Shown here: positions 30,112 to 38,648 of the stretch, piece after piece | Numbering within the stretch: position 1 is the first letter of the stretch | How the letters are laid out: every line of letters begins with the position of its first letter | Assembly (NCBI GenBank): GCA_963750125.1 | Contig: CAVVPT010000011.1 | Location: forward strand, 261,710-325,709 | Reading direction: 5' to 3' | DNA length: 64,000 nucleotides | Source of the DNA: an uncultured Chloroflexia bacterium | GTDB taxonomy: Bacteria > Chloroflexota > Limnocylindria > Limnocylindrales > CSP1-4 | The notes under the pieces: model-generated | Told to the model about the DNA's origin: nothing | What the model saw: only the letters and a program-made list of their open reading frames with translations | Databases searched by the model: none | Program-made: the position numbers and the translations under genes

Positions 30112-31506
30112 ATGCCCGGCTCAGGCCCCGACCAGCGCGATCAGCGCTCCCGCAACCGCCGACCGCGTCGGCGATCACAGTCCGCCATGCGTGCTCCCGT
30201 CACGGAGTACGAGGAGCAGCAGGAACTCGAAGCTGCCCGCGAGCGGAACGACCTCGATATCAGCGACCTCCGCGAGATGAGTGTCACCGAGCTCCGCCAG
30301 GTCGGGCGCGAGCTCGAGATCGACGCCGCCAGCGCCGACCGCAGGGACGAGCTGGTCGACCAGATCCTCCAGCGCCAGACCGAGCGAGCCGGCCACGCCT
30401 ACGCCGCCGGCATTCTCGACATCGTGGACGAAGGCTTCGGGTTCATGCGCCGCCACGGCCTGCTGCCCAGCCCGGACGACGTGTATGTCTCGTCGAGCCA
30501 GGTCCGCCGCTTCGGGCTGCGGATCGGCGACCGCGTCGCAGGCGCCGTGCGCGCCCCGCGCGAGGGCGAGAAGTACTGGGGGATGCTGCGCGTCGACTCG
30601 GTCAACGGCGTCGACACCGAAACCGCCCGTCGCCGGCCGATCTTCGCCGACCTGACGCCCGTCCATCCCGACGAGCTGATCAACCTCGAAACCGACCCGA
30701 AGAACCTCAGCCAGCGGCTGATCAACCTGGTCAATCCGCTCGGCAAGGGACAGCGCGCGCTCATCGTCAGCCCTCCGAAGGCTGGCAAGACGATGCTCCT
30801 CAAGCAGATCGCCAACGGCGTGACGGCCAACTATCCGGAGATCCTCCTGATGGTCGCCCTCATCGGCGAGCGACCCGAGGAAGTCACCGACATGCGCCGC
30901 AGCGTCAAGGGCGAGGTCATCAGCTCGACCTTCGACGAGCCGACCGAGAACCACACCCACGTGGCCGAGATGGCGCTCGAGATCGCGAAGCGCCAGGTCG
31001 AGACGGGGCGCGACGTCGTGATCCTGCTCGACTCGATCACCCGCCTCGCGCGTGCGTACAACCTGGCGCTGCCGCCGTCGGGCCGGACGCTGTCCGGTGG
31101 CATCGACCCGATCGCGCTCTATCCGCCAAAGCGGTTCTTCGGCGCCGCACGGAACATCGAGGAGGGCGGCTCGCTGACGATTATCGGGACGTGCCTCATC
31201 GACACGGGCTCGCGGATGGACGACGTGATCTACGAGGAGTTCAAGGGCACAGGCAACTCGGAGCTCATCCTCGACCGCAAGCTCGCCGAGAAGCGGATCT
31301 TCCCGTCGATTGACGTCCAGCGCTCGGGCACACGGCGCGAGGAGCTGCTCCTCGAGGAAGGCACCCTCAAGATGGTCTGGACGATGCGCCGCATGCTGTC
31401 GGCGGTCGGGACCAACGAGGGGATCGAGATCCTCCTCAACCGCCTGGCGAAGACCGAGAGCAACGCCCAGTTCCTGTCCACGCTGACCAAGTCGCTGGAG
31501 GCCTGA
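30112..31506 (+). CDS. rho: Transcription termination factor Rho
   Basis: GFGFMR RNA-binding motif and Walker A SPPKAGKT. Conserved to the end. The start was chosen at ATG 30112, which is preceded by AGGTGA. ATG 30187 is the alternative. ORF-track start 29878 is unlikely. Confidence 0.95.
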   Translation: MPGSGPDQRDQRSRNRRPRRRSQSAMRAPVTEYEEQQELEAARERNDLDISDLREMSVTELRQVGRELEIDAASADRRDELVDQILQRQTERAGHAYAAGILDIVDEGFGFMRRHGLLPSPDDVYVSSSQVRRFGLRIGDRVAGAVRAPREGEKYWGMLRVDSVNGVDTETARRRPIFADLTPVHPDELINLETDPKNLSQRLINLVNPLGKGQRALIVSPPKAGKTMLLKQIANGVTANYPEILLMVALIGERPEEVTDMRRSVKGEVISSTFDEPTENHTHVAEMALEIAKRQVETGRDVVILLDSITRLARAYNLALPPSGRTLSGGIDPIALYPPKRFFGAARNIEEGGSLTIIGTCLIDTGSRMDDVIYEEFKGTGNSELILDRKLAEKRIFPSIDVQRSGTRREELLLEEGTLKMVWTMRRMLSAVGTNEGIEILLNRLAKTESNAQFLSTLTKSLEA

Positions 31507-31777
31507 CGCCAGACTCCTGGGCGTTTGCCGGGATCGCGAAGCCCGTGGTACGGTTCACGACGATGTCGTAAGCCCGATGTGCGTGGGCTCGGCCGCGAAA
31601 GAGATCCCCAGCTCGAAAGCGCGACCTTCGGACGGTTCTGCCCCCCTGCGAACCCCAACGCTGACCGTCCGTCGCCAGGAGAACGTATTGCTCAACGCCT
31701 CGTTCGGCGTGCAGTCCGTCATTCGACGCCTGCCTCGAACCTCGAGACGCCGCACCTCGCTGTCCCAGTCCGCCCGG

Positions 31778-33073
31778 ATGTCGATCGCCGAGAGCGTTCA
31801 CGCTCAGCTCCGTTCGGCTGCTGCGGCTGCGCACCTCTTGCCCTCACTCGTTACCCGGCGTCAACCGGCGCCTGAAATCCCGGTCGTTCGATCGCTTTCC
31901 GCCAATCACCACGGCATGTTCTACCGGATCGGCCATGACCGGGTAACCGCCATCCTCGTCGCCGGCGTCGTGGGTGTCGCGACAGTGCTCAGTGTCGTTC
32001 CCCAGGCAGCCACCCAGGTTGCACCTGTTGTCGGCGCCGTCGAAGGCGTGACGGGCGCTCCGGTCGGTGGTCCTGTGGGCGGTCCCTCCGGGAACGGATC
32101 GGCGCCGCGCCTCGTGGTCGGCGGTGCCTTCGGCGTCGAGCTCAGGTCGACGGCTGCCGAGCGACCCGACGTCCCCGCCACGCCGGAGTTCCGCGAGATC
32201 GACCCCGTCACCTACGCCCCGGCGGCCGGGGAAGAGCCGGTGACCGGACCGTTCCTCGAAGACGGGACGCTGCTCAAGCCAGTGTCGGTCAACACGACCG
32301 TCCCGGACGGCAAGGACCTGCTGCGCAAGCACAAGGTCAAGTCGGGCGAGACGCTGGCGGGTCTCAGCAAGAAGTACAAGGTGGCCAAGGCCACCATCTA
32401 CTGGGCAAGCAATCTCAAGTCGATCAAGCTGCGGCCGGGCCAGAAGCTCATCATCCCGCCGGTCAACGGCCTCGTGGTGAAGGTCAAGCCCACCGACACC
32501 CTCAAGTCGCTCGCGAAGAAGTACAAGGTCAAGCCCGAGGCGATCCTCGACGCGAACAAGCTCGAGGACTCGAACCTGGTCATGGGCCAGGTGCTCGTCC
32601 TGCCGGGCGCCAAGGGCAAGCCGCTTCCGAAGCCCAAGCGGATCGCGTCGAGGTCGTCGTCCTCCGCGGTCGGCGGCGCGGCGCCCGCCAGGTACCGCGG
32701 CGGTCGGTTCGCCTGGCCTGTTGCCGGCGGGGAGCTCAGCCAGGGCTACCACTCCGGCCACTACGGGATCGACATTGCCGCCGACGCCGGTACGCCGGCC
32801 AAGGCCGCGGCGTCCGGCAAGGTGATCTTCGCCGGCTGGAAGAACAACGGCGGGGGCTACCAGGTCTGGATCGCGCACGGCTCCGGCCTGTACACGACCT
32901 ACAACCACATGTCGTCGCTGACGGTCGGGAACGGCCAGAGCGTCGGCCGCGGCCAGCAGGTCGGACGAGTCGGGATGACCGGCAACGCCACGGGCCCGCA
33001 CCTCCACTTCGAGGTCTGGCGCGGGAAGATCTGGGACGGCGGCCAGCGGCTCAACCCGCTCAACTACCTCTAG
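31778..33073 (+). CDS. LysM-domain M23-family peptidoglycan endopeptidase (start uncertain: 31778 or 31916)
   Basis: One transmembrane segment, two LysM repeats (VKSGETLAGLSKKY..., VKPTDTLKSLAKKY...) and the M23 motifs HYGIDIA and GPHLHFEV. Confidence 0.85.
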   Translation: MSIAESVHAQLRSAAAAAHLLPSLVTRRQPAPEIPVVRSLSANHHGMFYRIGHDRVTAILVAGVVGVATVLSVVPQAATQVAPVVGAVEGVTGAPVGGPVGGPSGNGSAPRLVVGGAFGVELRSTAAERPDVPATPEFREIDPVTYAPAAGEEPVTGPFLEDGTLLKPVSVNTTVPDGKDLLRKHKVKSGETLAGLSKKYKVAKATIYWASNLKSIKLRPGQKLIIPPVNGLVVKVKPTDTLKSLAKKYKVKPEAILDANKLEDSNLVMGQVLVLPGAKGKPLPKPKRIASRSSSSAVGGAAPARYRGGRFAWPVAGGELSQGYHSGHYGIDIAADAGTPAKAAASGKVIFAGWKNNGGGYQVWIAHGSGLYTTYNHMSSLTVGNGQSVGRGQQVGRVGMTGNATGPHLHFEVWRGKIWDGGQRLNPLNYL

Positions 33074-33130
33074 GCGCAGCCCCCGGTTCGCCGGCTTCGC
33101 GTCGCGGCTCCCGACGGGAGCCGTGGGACA

Positions 33131-34435
33131 ATGGCCGAGATGTTCCTCGACCGCGTCAAGATCAACGTTCGCGCTGGTGACGGCGGCGACGGCGCGGCGA
33201 CCTTCCGGCGCGAGGCGCACGTCCCGCGTGGCGGACCGGACGGCGGCGACGGCGGTCGAGGCGGTTCGGTGTATCTGGCGGTGGATGCCGGCGAGACGAC
33301 CCTTCGCGACTTCCAGTACCGCCACCATTTCAAGGCAACGAACGGTGGTCGCGGCGAGCGGGCACGGCGCCACGGCGCGGCGGGTCATGACCTCGTGGTG
33401 GGCGTTCCGCCCGGCACCGCGGTCCTCGACGACGCCACTGACGAGCTCCTCGCCGACCTGGTCGCCGCCGGACAACAGGTGGTGGTCGGGCGCGGCGGGC
33501 GCGGCGGGCTCGGCAACACCCATTTCAAGACCGCCACCCATCAGGCGCCCAAGCACGCCCAGAAGGGCGAGCCGGGAGAAGAGCGCTGGGTCCGCCTCGA
33601 GCTGCGCCTCATCGCGGACGTCGGTCTCGTCGGGCTGCCGAACGCCGGCAAGTCGACGCTCCTGGCCGCCGTGACGGCCGCTACCCCCAAGATCGCCGAC
33701 TACCCGTTCACCACACTCGAACCGAATCTGGGCGTAATGGACCTCGCCATCGATGATGAACGCCGGCCGACGATCGCGGACGTGCCCGGGCTGATCGAAG
33801 GAGCGAGCGGCGGGGCCGGCCTGGGCCATGCGTTCCTGCGTCATGTCGAACGCACCCGCGTCCTCGTCCATGTCGTCGACGGCGCGTCACGCGATCCCGA
33901 ATGGGACCATACGGTCATCCGCGACGAGCTTGAGGCCCATGACCCGGCCCTGCTCGAGAAGCCGCTCCTCGTCGCGTTCAACAAGATCGACCTGCCAGCC
34001 GCGGCCGACGCATGGCCGGGGTTCCGTGCTGCCCGGATCCGCGAGGGACTCGACGCGGTGGCCATCTCCGCATCGAGTGGGGCGGGCCTCGATGCATTCC
34101 GCGAGCGGCTGGCGATCGTCCTGCCGCCCGCCGAGGAGCTAAGGGCTGCGCCGGAGCCGGCAGGCGTGGTGGTCCATCGGATCGAGGCAACGACGGACGG
34201 CTTCGCGGTGGAGACCGACGAGGACGGCGCGTTCCGCGTGCGCGGCCGACGGATCGAGCGGATCGCCGCGCAGACCAACTTCGAGATCGAGGAGTCGGCC
34301 GAGCGCTTCCAACGCGACCTCGAGCGGATGGGCATCGACGCCGAGTTGCGCCGGGCCGGCGTTCGACCGGGAGACGTCGTCCGCATCGGGGCGGCAGAGC
34401 TCGAATGGGAGGCAGAGCCCTGGGAGAGCCGGTGA
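33131..34435 (+). CDS. obg: GTPase Obg/CgtA
   Basis: Gly-rich Obg fold (GGDGGRGGSV) and G1 motif GLPNAGKST. Confidence 0.95.
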   Translation: MAEMFLDRVKINVRAGDGGDGAATFRREAHVPRGGPDGGDGGRGGSVYLAVDAGETTLRDFQYRHHFKATNGGRGERARRHGAAGHDLVVGVPPGTAVLDDATDELLADLVAAGQQVVVGRGGRGGLGNTHFKTATHQAPKHAQKGEPGEERWVRLELRLIADVGLVGLPNAGKSTLLAAVTAATPKIADYPFTTLEPNLGVMDLAIDDERRPTIADVPGLIEGASGGAGLGHAFLRHVERTRVLVHVVDGASRDPEWDHTVIRDELEAHDPALLEKPLLVAFNKIDLPAAADAWPGFRAARIREGLDAVAISASSGAGLDAFRERLAIVLPPAEELRAAPEPAGVVVHRIEATTDGFAVETDEDGAFRVRGRRIERIAAQTNFEIEESAERFQRDLERMGIDAELRRAGVRPGDVVRIGAAELEWEAEPWESR

Positions 34436-35130
34436 CCTCGGCCGCGCGGCCCGAGCCGGCCATCCCCGTCCGGCGTGGCTCGGTCGGGGTCCTCGGTGGC
34501 ACGTTCGATCCGATTCACGTGGCACATCTCGCCGTCGCCGAGGAGGCGCGTGAGGCACTTGGGCTGGAGAAGGTCCTATTCATTCCCGCCGCGATGCCGC
34601 CCCACAAGGTCGACCGACCGGTCAGCGAGCCGAAACACCGCCTCGCAATGGTGGAGCTGGCGATTGCCGACAACCCGGCCTTCGAGGCAAGCCGTATCGA
34701 ACTCGAACGGAGCGGGCCGTCGTACACCGTCGACACGTTGGGGCAACTCGCGGCCACGGCGGGGGCCGACGCCGAGTCCGGGCCGAACGGGGAGCGGCCC
34801 GACCTCGTGCTCATCATGTCCGCCGAGGCGTTTCGTGACCTCCGGTCGTGGCGCCGGCCGGAGCGCATCCTCGAGCTGGCCCGGCTCGCCGTCGTCCCGC
34901 GCGACGGCTTCCCGGACGCGAGCCGCGCGTTCCTCGCCGAGCACTTCCCGGGTTTCGAGGACCGGGCATCGTTCCTGCGCGGGCCGCGCCTCCGGCTATC
35001 GGCCTCGGAACTGCGCGAACGGGCGGCGAACGGCCGCTCGCTGCGCTACCTGGTGCCGGATGCGGTTGCCGCCTATATCGGCGACCATGGCCTCTACAGC
35101 GACCCGATCTGGAGGACTCATCGACCGTGA
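34432..35130 (+). CDS. nadD: Nicotinate-nucleotide adenylyltransferase
   Basis: GGTFDPIHVAH motif. The GTG start overlaps the obg stop (GTGA). Confidence 0.9.
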   Translation: MTSAARPEPAIPVRRGSVGVLGGTFDPIHVAHLAVAEEAREALGLEKVLFIPAAMPPHKVDRPVSEPKHRLAMVELAIADNPAFEASRIELERSGPSYTVDTLGQLAATAGADAESGPNGERPDLVLIMSAEAFRDLRSWRRPERILELARLAVVPRDGFPDASRAFLAEHFPGFEDRASFLRGPRLRLSASELRERAANGRSLRYLVPDAVAAYIGDHGLYSDPIWRTHRP

Positions 35131-35561
35131 CCAAACCCGCGTCCCCGATGGACGCCACGGCCGCGCCGCGCGCCGACGGCCTGCCTCACCGAGAGGAACG
35201 AGCGCCCGCGACGGACCGCGCCCCGCTCGAGCTGGCCCGGCGGATCGTCGAGCTGGCAGAGGACAAGAAGGCGGCCGATATCGTGCTGCTCGACCTGACC
35301 GGCCTGACGACGCTGGCGGACTATTTCGTGATCTGCTCCGGCGGGTCGGAGCGGCAGCTGGGCGCGATCGCCGACGGGATCATCTCGCCGCTTCGGGACG
35401 AGAAGCAGAAGCCGATCGGCCGCGAGGGTGTGCCCGCGTCCCACTGGTTGCTGCTCGACTACGGGTCGGTGATCGTTCACATTTTCACGCCGCCCGAGCG
35501 TGACTACTACGGCCTCGAGAAGCACTGGTCCGAGGCGAAGACAGTCCTCCGCGTCCAGTAG
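35127..35561 (+). CDS. rsfS: Ribosome silencing factor RsfS
   Basis: DIVLLDLTGLTTLADYFVICSGGSERQ...SHWLLLDYGSVIVHIF. The GTG start overlaps the nadD stop. ATG 35148 is the alternative. Confidence 0.9.
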   Translation: MTKPASPMDATAAPRADGLPHREERAPATDRAPLELARRIVELAEDKKAADIVLLDLTGLTTLADYFVICSGGSERQLGAIADGIISPLRDEKQKPIGREGVPASHWLLLDYGSVIVHIFTPPERDYYGLEKHWSEAKTVLRVQ

Positions 35562-35664
35562 CCGTACGGCAGGACCTGGCCGCTGTCAGGGATATTCCTG
35601 TGAGGACTATTGCGCCCGATACCTGGTCCGCCGACCCCCCAATGCCAGCTCGGAACGCCGTTAT

Positions 35665-35731
35665 CGCATCCGGTATGTCGCCCATGCATGGCACGCGCAT
35701 TAGGGACCGGTTCGAGCCCCTGAATGCGACC
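35665..35731 (+). other. tRNA-like fragment (degenerate tRNA-Ala(GGC)-like 3' part); not a functional tRNA
   Basis: TGCATGGCA is identical to the anticodon-loop region of the tRNA-Ala(GGC) at 51282-51357. It is followed by CCGGTTCGAGCCCC (T-loop-like), GAATGCG and ACC. The possible 5' partner CGCATCC and CGCATT are present, but the D and anticodon stems do not fold. Confidence 0.25.
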
Positions 35732-35893
35732 GGATAATCCTCCCAGGAATGTGAGCGCTCGCCGGCGACTACGGCGGGGAGTACGTGGTCACGGGGTACC
35801 GTCGGGTCATGTCGAGCGCAGTGCTAGCACACCTAGCATCCCGGCACTGGACAGCTACCTCCAGCTGTCCCGACCGAAGGACGCCACCGTCAC

Positions 35894-36148
35894 ATGTCCC
35901 GTCACCGCGACCGCTGTCCCGTCTGCAGCCGCCGCCTCGTCACGACTCGCTTCGACACCACGTTCCGGCTTCCGGATCGGAGTGAGCGGCTGTGCTTCGG
36001 AATTCCAGCCGGGCTGTGCGAGGACTGCAGCCAGCTCTACATCGATCCCGAGCTGATCGAATTGCTCGACCTCGGCGAAGCACGCTGCGTCTTCGCGATC
36101 GAGAGCGATCTCGTGGTGCAAGAGCAGGCCTGGTCCGCAGGTCACTAG
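35894..36148 (+). CDS. YgiT/MqsA-type zinc-ribbon protein, 84 aa, with no HTH domain and no toxin partner seen
   Basis: CPVCSRRL...(21 aa)...IPAGLCEDCSQLYIDPELIELL matches the two-CxxC YgiT-type layout. Confidence 0.55.
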   Translation: MSRHRDRCPVCSRRLVTTRFDTTFRLPDRSERLCFGIPAGLCEDCSQLYIDPELIELLDLGEARCVFAIESDLVVQEQAWSAGH

Positions 36149-36272
36149 CCGGCACATCCTCGGCTCATCCGTGCGTTGTCGCCTGCGCGCGCTCGCTCAC
36201 GCACAGCGGAGTGCGCTCGCTCGCGTGCTCGGCTCCGCCTTCGGCTGAACCGAGTCTGCGCCAGCTAGTTGG

Positions 36273-37001
36273 CTAGCGCCGAACTTCCATCGATCGCTCC
36301 CGAACGAGCCTGACCGCCTCGGCCACCCCACCCGTCCAGGGCTGACCGTGCCCCGGCAGGACCAAGCGCGCTTCGAGCCCTTCGATCCGGGTCAATGACC
36401 GGACTGCCTCGGCCGCGTCCGCTGTGAAGGGCGCGACGCGCGGCCCCTCCTCGCCGGTGGTAACGGCCTTCGTTGCGAACGCGTCGCCGACGAACAGCGC
36501 GTCGTGACTCGCCACGCGGAGGGCGGCGCTTCCCGGCGTGTGGCCCGGGACGAGGATGACCCGAGGCGATCCCGGCAGATCGAGCGTCGCGCCGTCCCCG
36601 AACGTGGCGACCTCCTTGATCGGGTGGTTCCGCAGGCCTCCACGCGGACCCGTGTACAGCATGAATTCGAGCAGCGGGCGGAGCTTCATCGGCCCGAACC
36701 CCTTGGACGGGTTCGGCACCTCGCCACGAGCCAGCGCGGCGTCCAGCTCATGGACGCGGACGGGCGTCCCGCGCTCCCGACGCATCCGCTCCGCGAACCC
36801 GATGTGATCCGAATGGCCGTGGGTGAGGACGATCGCCCGGACGTCCTCGATCGTGCGGCCCATTGCGGCGAGCTCGCCGGGCAGGTCCTTCCAGTAACCG
36901 GACACCCCCGCGTCGATGATCGTGACCTCACCCGCCTCCTCGACGAGGTAGGTGTTCACCAATCCATTGCCGATGCGGTGGAGGGACGGTGCGAGTTGCA
37001 C
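36273..37001 (-). CDS. MBL-fold metallo-hydrolase
   Basis: LTHGHSDHIGF motif. The start was chosen at GTG 37001, 1 nt after the holA stop. The ORF-track start 37118 would overlap holA. Confidence 0.85.
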   Translation of the reverse strand: MQLAPSLHRIGNGLVNTYLVEEAGEVTIIDAGVSGYWKDLPGELAAMGRTIEDVRAIVLTHGHSDHIGFAERMRRERGTPVRVHELDAALARGEVPNPSKGFGPMKLRPLLEFMLYTGPRGGLRNHPIKEVATFGDGATLDLPGSPRVILVPGHTPGSAALRVASHDALFVGDAFATKAVTTGEEGPRVAPFTADAAEAVRSLTRIEGLEARLVLPGHGQPWTGGVAEAVRLVRERSMEVRR

Positions 37002-37002
37002 G

Positions 37003-38055
37003 TCAGGCGCGGCCGACCCGGTCGGCCACCCAGAGCAGGAAGAAGAGGCGACGCTGGGCGGGGTCTGCGTTCGATCGCGGCGCGCCCTTGACCATCGCGT
37101 CGAGATCGAGCAGGCCATCGAGCGCGGCCCGCAGCTCCTCGACCCGCCAGGCCCGCGCCTGGGCCGCGAGGTTCCGCATGCGGAACTCGCTGGCGATCTT
37201 CATCGCCCGTCCGATCGCGGGCAGCGCCTCGCCGGCCGCCATCCGATCTGCCACCTCGAGCAGCTCACGGATGCGGCGGTGGAGGACGTTGAGGATCACC
37301 GGCTCGGGCGTCGTGTCGAGCAGGCGGTCGAGCATCTCCGACGCGCGGGCGACGCGGCGCTCGCCGACCGCGTCGGTCAGCGCCCAGACCGAATTCGGGA
37401 TGGCCTCGACGACGAGCGCACGCACGTCGTCGACCTCGACATAGGCGTCGCCCTTGTAGAGGGCGAGCTTCTCGAGTTCGGAAGCCGCGATCCTGGTCTG
37501 CTGGCGCCGCTCGGCATCGCCCTCCTGGACGAACCCGCCGATCCGCGTCGCGAGCTCCTTCGCCGCGCCGACCCCGAGTGCGACCTGTCGTCCGCGGGCC
37601 TCGGCCTCGATGAACGCGGTCAAGCCACCGCCCTTGGGCGAGCGAAACTCGCGCACCATCCCGCCGGCGGCGGTGATCGCGTCGGCGAGGCGCTTCTGTG
37701 GAGCCACCTTCGTGCCCGAAGGCGTCGCCTCCACGAAGCAGATCGCGTTGCCCGGCGCGAGGGTCCCGATGGCGCCGAAAAGCGCGTCCCGATGGTCGTT
37801 CCGTCGAAGGAGCGGCCCGACGTTGCTGACCACCGCCATCGTTCCACCGCCGAACATCACCGGCGTCGACAGGCGCTCGACGATCTGGCCGATCAGGTCT
37901 GAGGCTGCGCCGGCGTCGACACGCACCTCCCAGCGCTCGAGCGGGATGCCGCTGCCCGCGGCATGCGCCGCGGCGATGGCGTCGACCGCGCGGGCCGTCG
38001 CGAGGTCGTCGTCGCCCCACAACAGCGCGACCGAGGGAGGGGCCGCCGGACTCAT
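37003..38055 (-). CDS. holA: DNA polymerase III delta subunit
   Basis: This is the last 351 aa of the 1406-aa ORF. ATG 38055 overlaps the HD-gene stop (ATGA). The translation is HolA-like throughout. Confidence 0.85.
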   Translation of the reverse strand: MSPAAPPSVALLWGDDDLATARAVDAIAAAHAAGSGIPLERWEVRVDAGAASDLIGQIVERLSTPVMFGGGTMAVVSNVGPLLRRNDHRDALFGAIGTLAPGNAICFVEATPSGTKVAPQKRLADAITAAGGMVREFRSPKGGGLTAFIEAEARGRQVALGVGAAKELATRIGGFVQEGDAERRQQTRIAASELEKLALYKGDAYVEVDDVRALVVEAIPNSVWALTDAVGERRVARASEMLDRLLDTTPEPVILNVLHRRIRELLEVADRMAAGEALPAIGRAMKIASEFRMRNLAAQARAWRVEELRAALDGLLDLDAMVKGAPRSNADPAQRRLFFLLWVADRVGRA

Positions 38056-38648
38056 CGCGCAGCCGCAGCCTTGAGCGCAGCTGCCGTCCAGCGCAGCCGC
38101 CCGACCGCCTCCGGGCGGACTCCGGCCGCCTGGCAGACGATCTGTTCGAGCCTGTCGGCCCGTTTGCGCACATCGGCCGCGGCGTCGCCGTCCCAGCCCG
38201 AGTGGCGTCGGCGCCACGAGGCGAAGCGATCGTCGAGGGATACGAGCCGCTGGCGGGCGCGCCTGTCCGCATAGGCCACGATCCGATCCTCGGGGCGCGA
38301 CTCGCGGAGCCAGGTCTCGAACCAGCCCCCGTCGAGCAGGCGGGTGATTGGGTGGTCCTCGACCGACGGCGCAAGCTCCTCGTGACGGCGCTCCTCGAGC
38401 CAGCGTGCGGAACCATGCCCATGGCCCTGGGCGCGGAGGGGATCGTCCTTCGGCAGCGCCTTGTCGGCGTCGTGGAGGAGGGCCGCCGATTCCGCCAGGC
38501 GGCGGTCGATCGCGACGCCTCGAGCCGCGGTTCGGGCGGCGAGGAACGCGGCCACCTCCGCAACGGCGCGCGAGTGCCGGAGAAGCCAATCCGGCGGTTC
38601 GAGCGAGCGCATCAACCGGGCCGCTTCGATCCTGTCGGGCACCGTCAT
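38052..38648 (-). CDS. HD-domain phosphohydrolase
   Basis: Translated from the in-frame ATG at 38648 in ORF 38052..38915: HSRAVAEV...ALLHDADKALPKDD...GHGHGSARWL. Confidence 0.75.
   Translation of the reverse strand: MTVPDRIEAARLMRSLEPPDWLLRHSRAVAEVAAFLAARTAARGVAIDRRLAESAALLHDADKALPKDDPLRAQGHGHGSARWLEERRHEELAPSVEDHPITRLLDGGWFETWLRESRPEDRIVAYADRRARQRLVSLDDRFASWRRRHSGWDGDAAADVRKRADRLEQIVCQAAGVRPEAVGRLRWTAAALKAAAAR

Noticed and set aside
35665-35731. A third tRNA gene
   Set aside because: Only the anticodon-loop-like and T-loop/acceptor-like pieces are present. The D-arm and anticodon stem cannot be paired, and the 3' end reads ACCG. It is reported as a tRNA-like fragment rather than as a gene.
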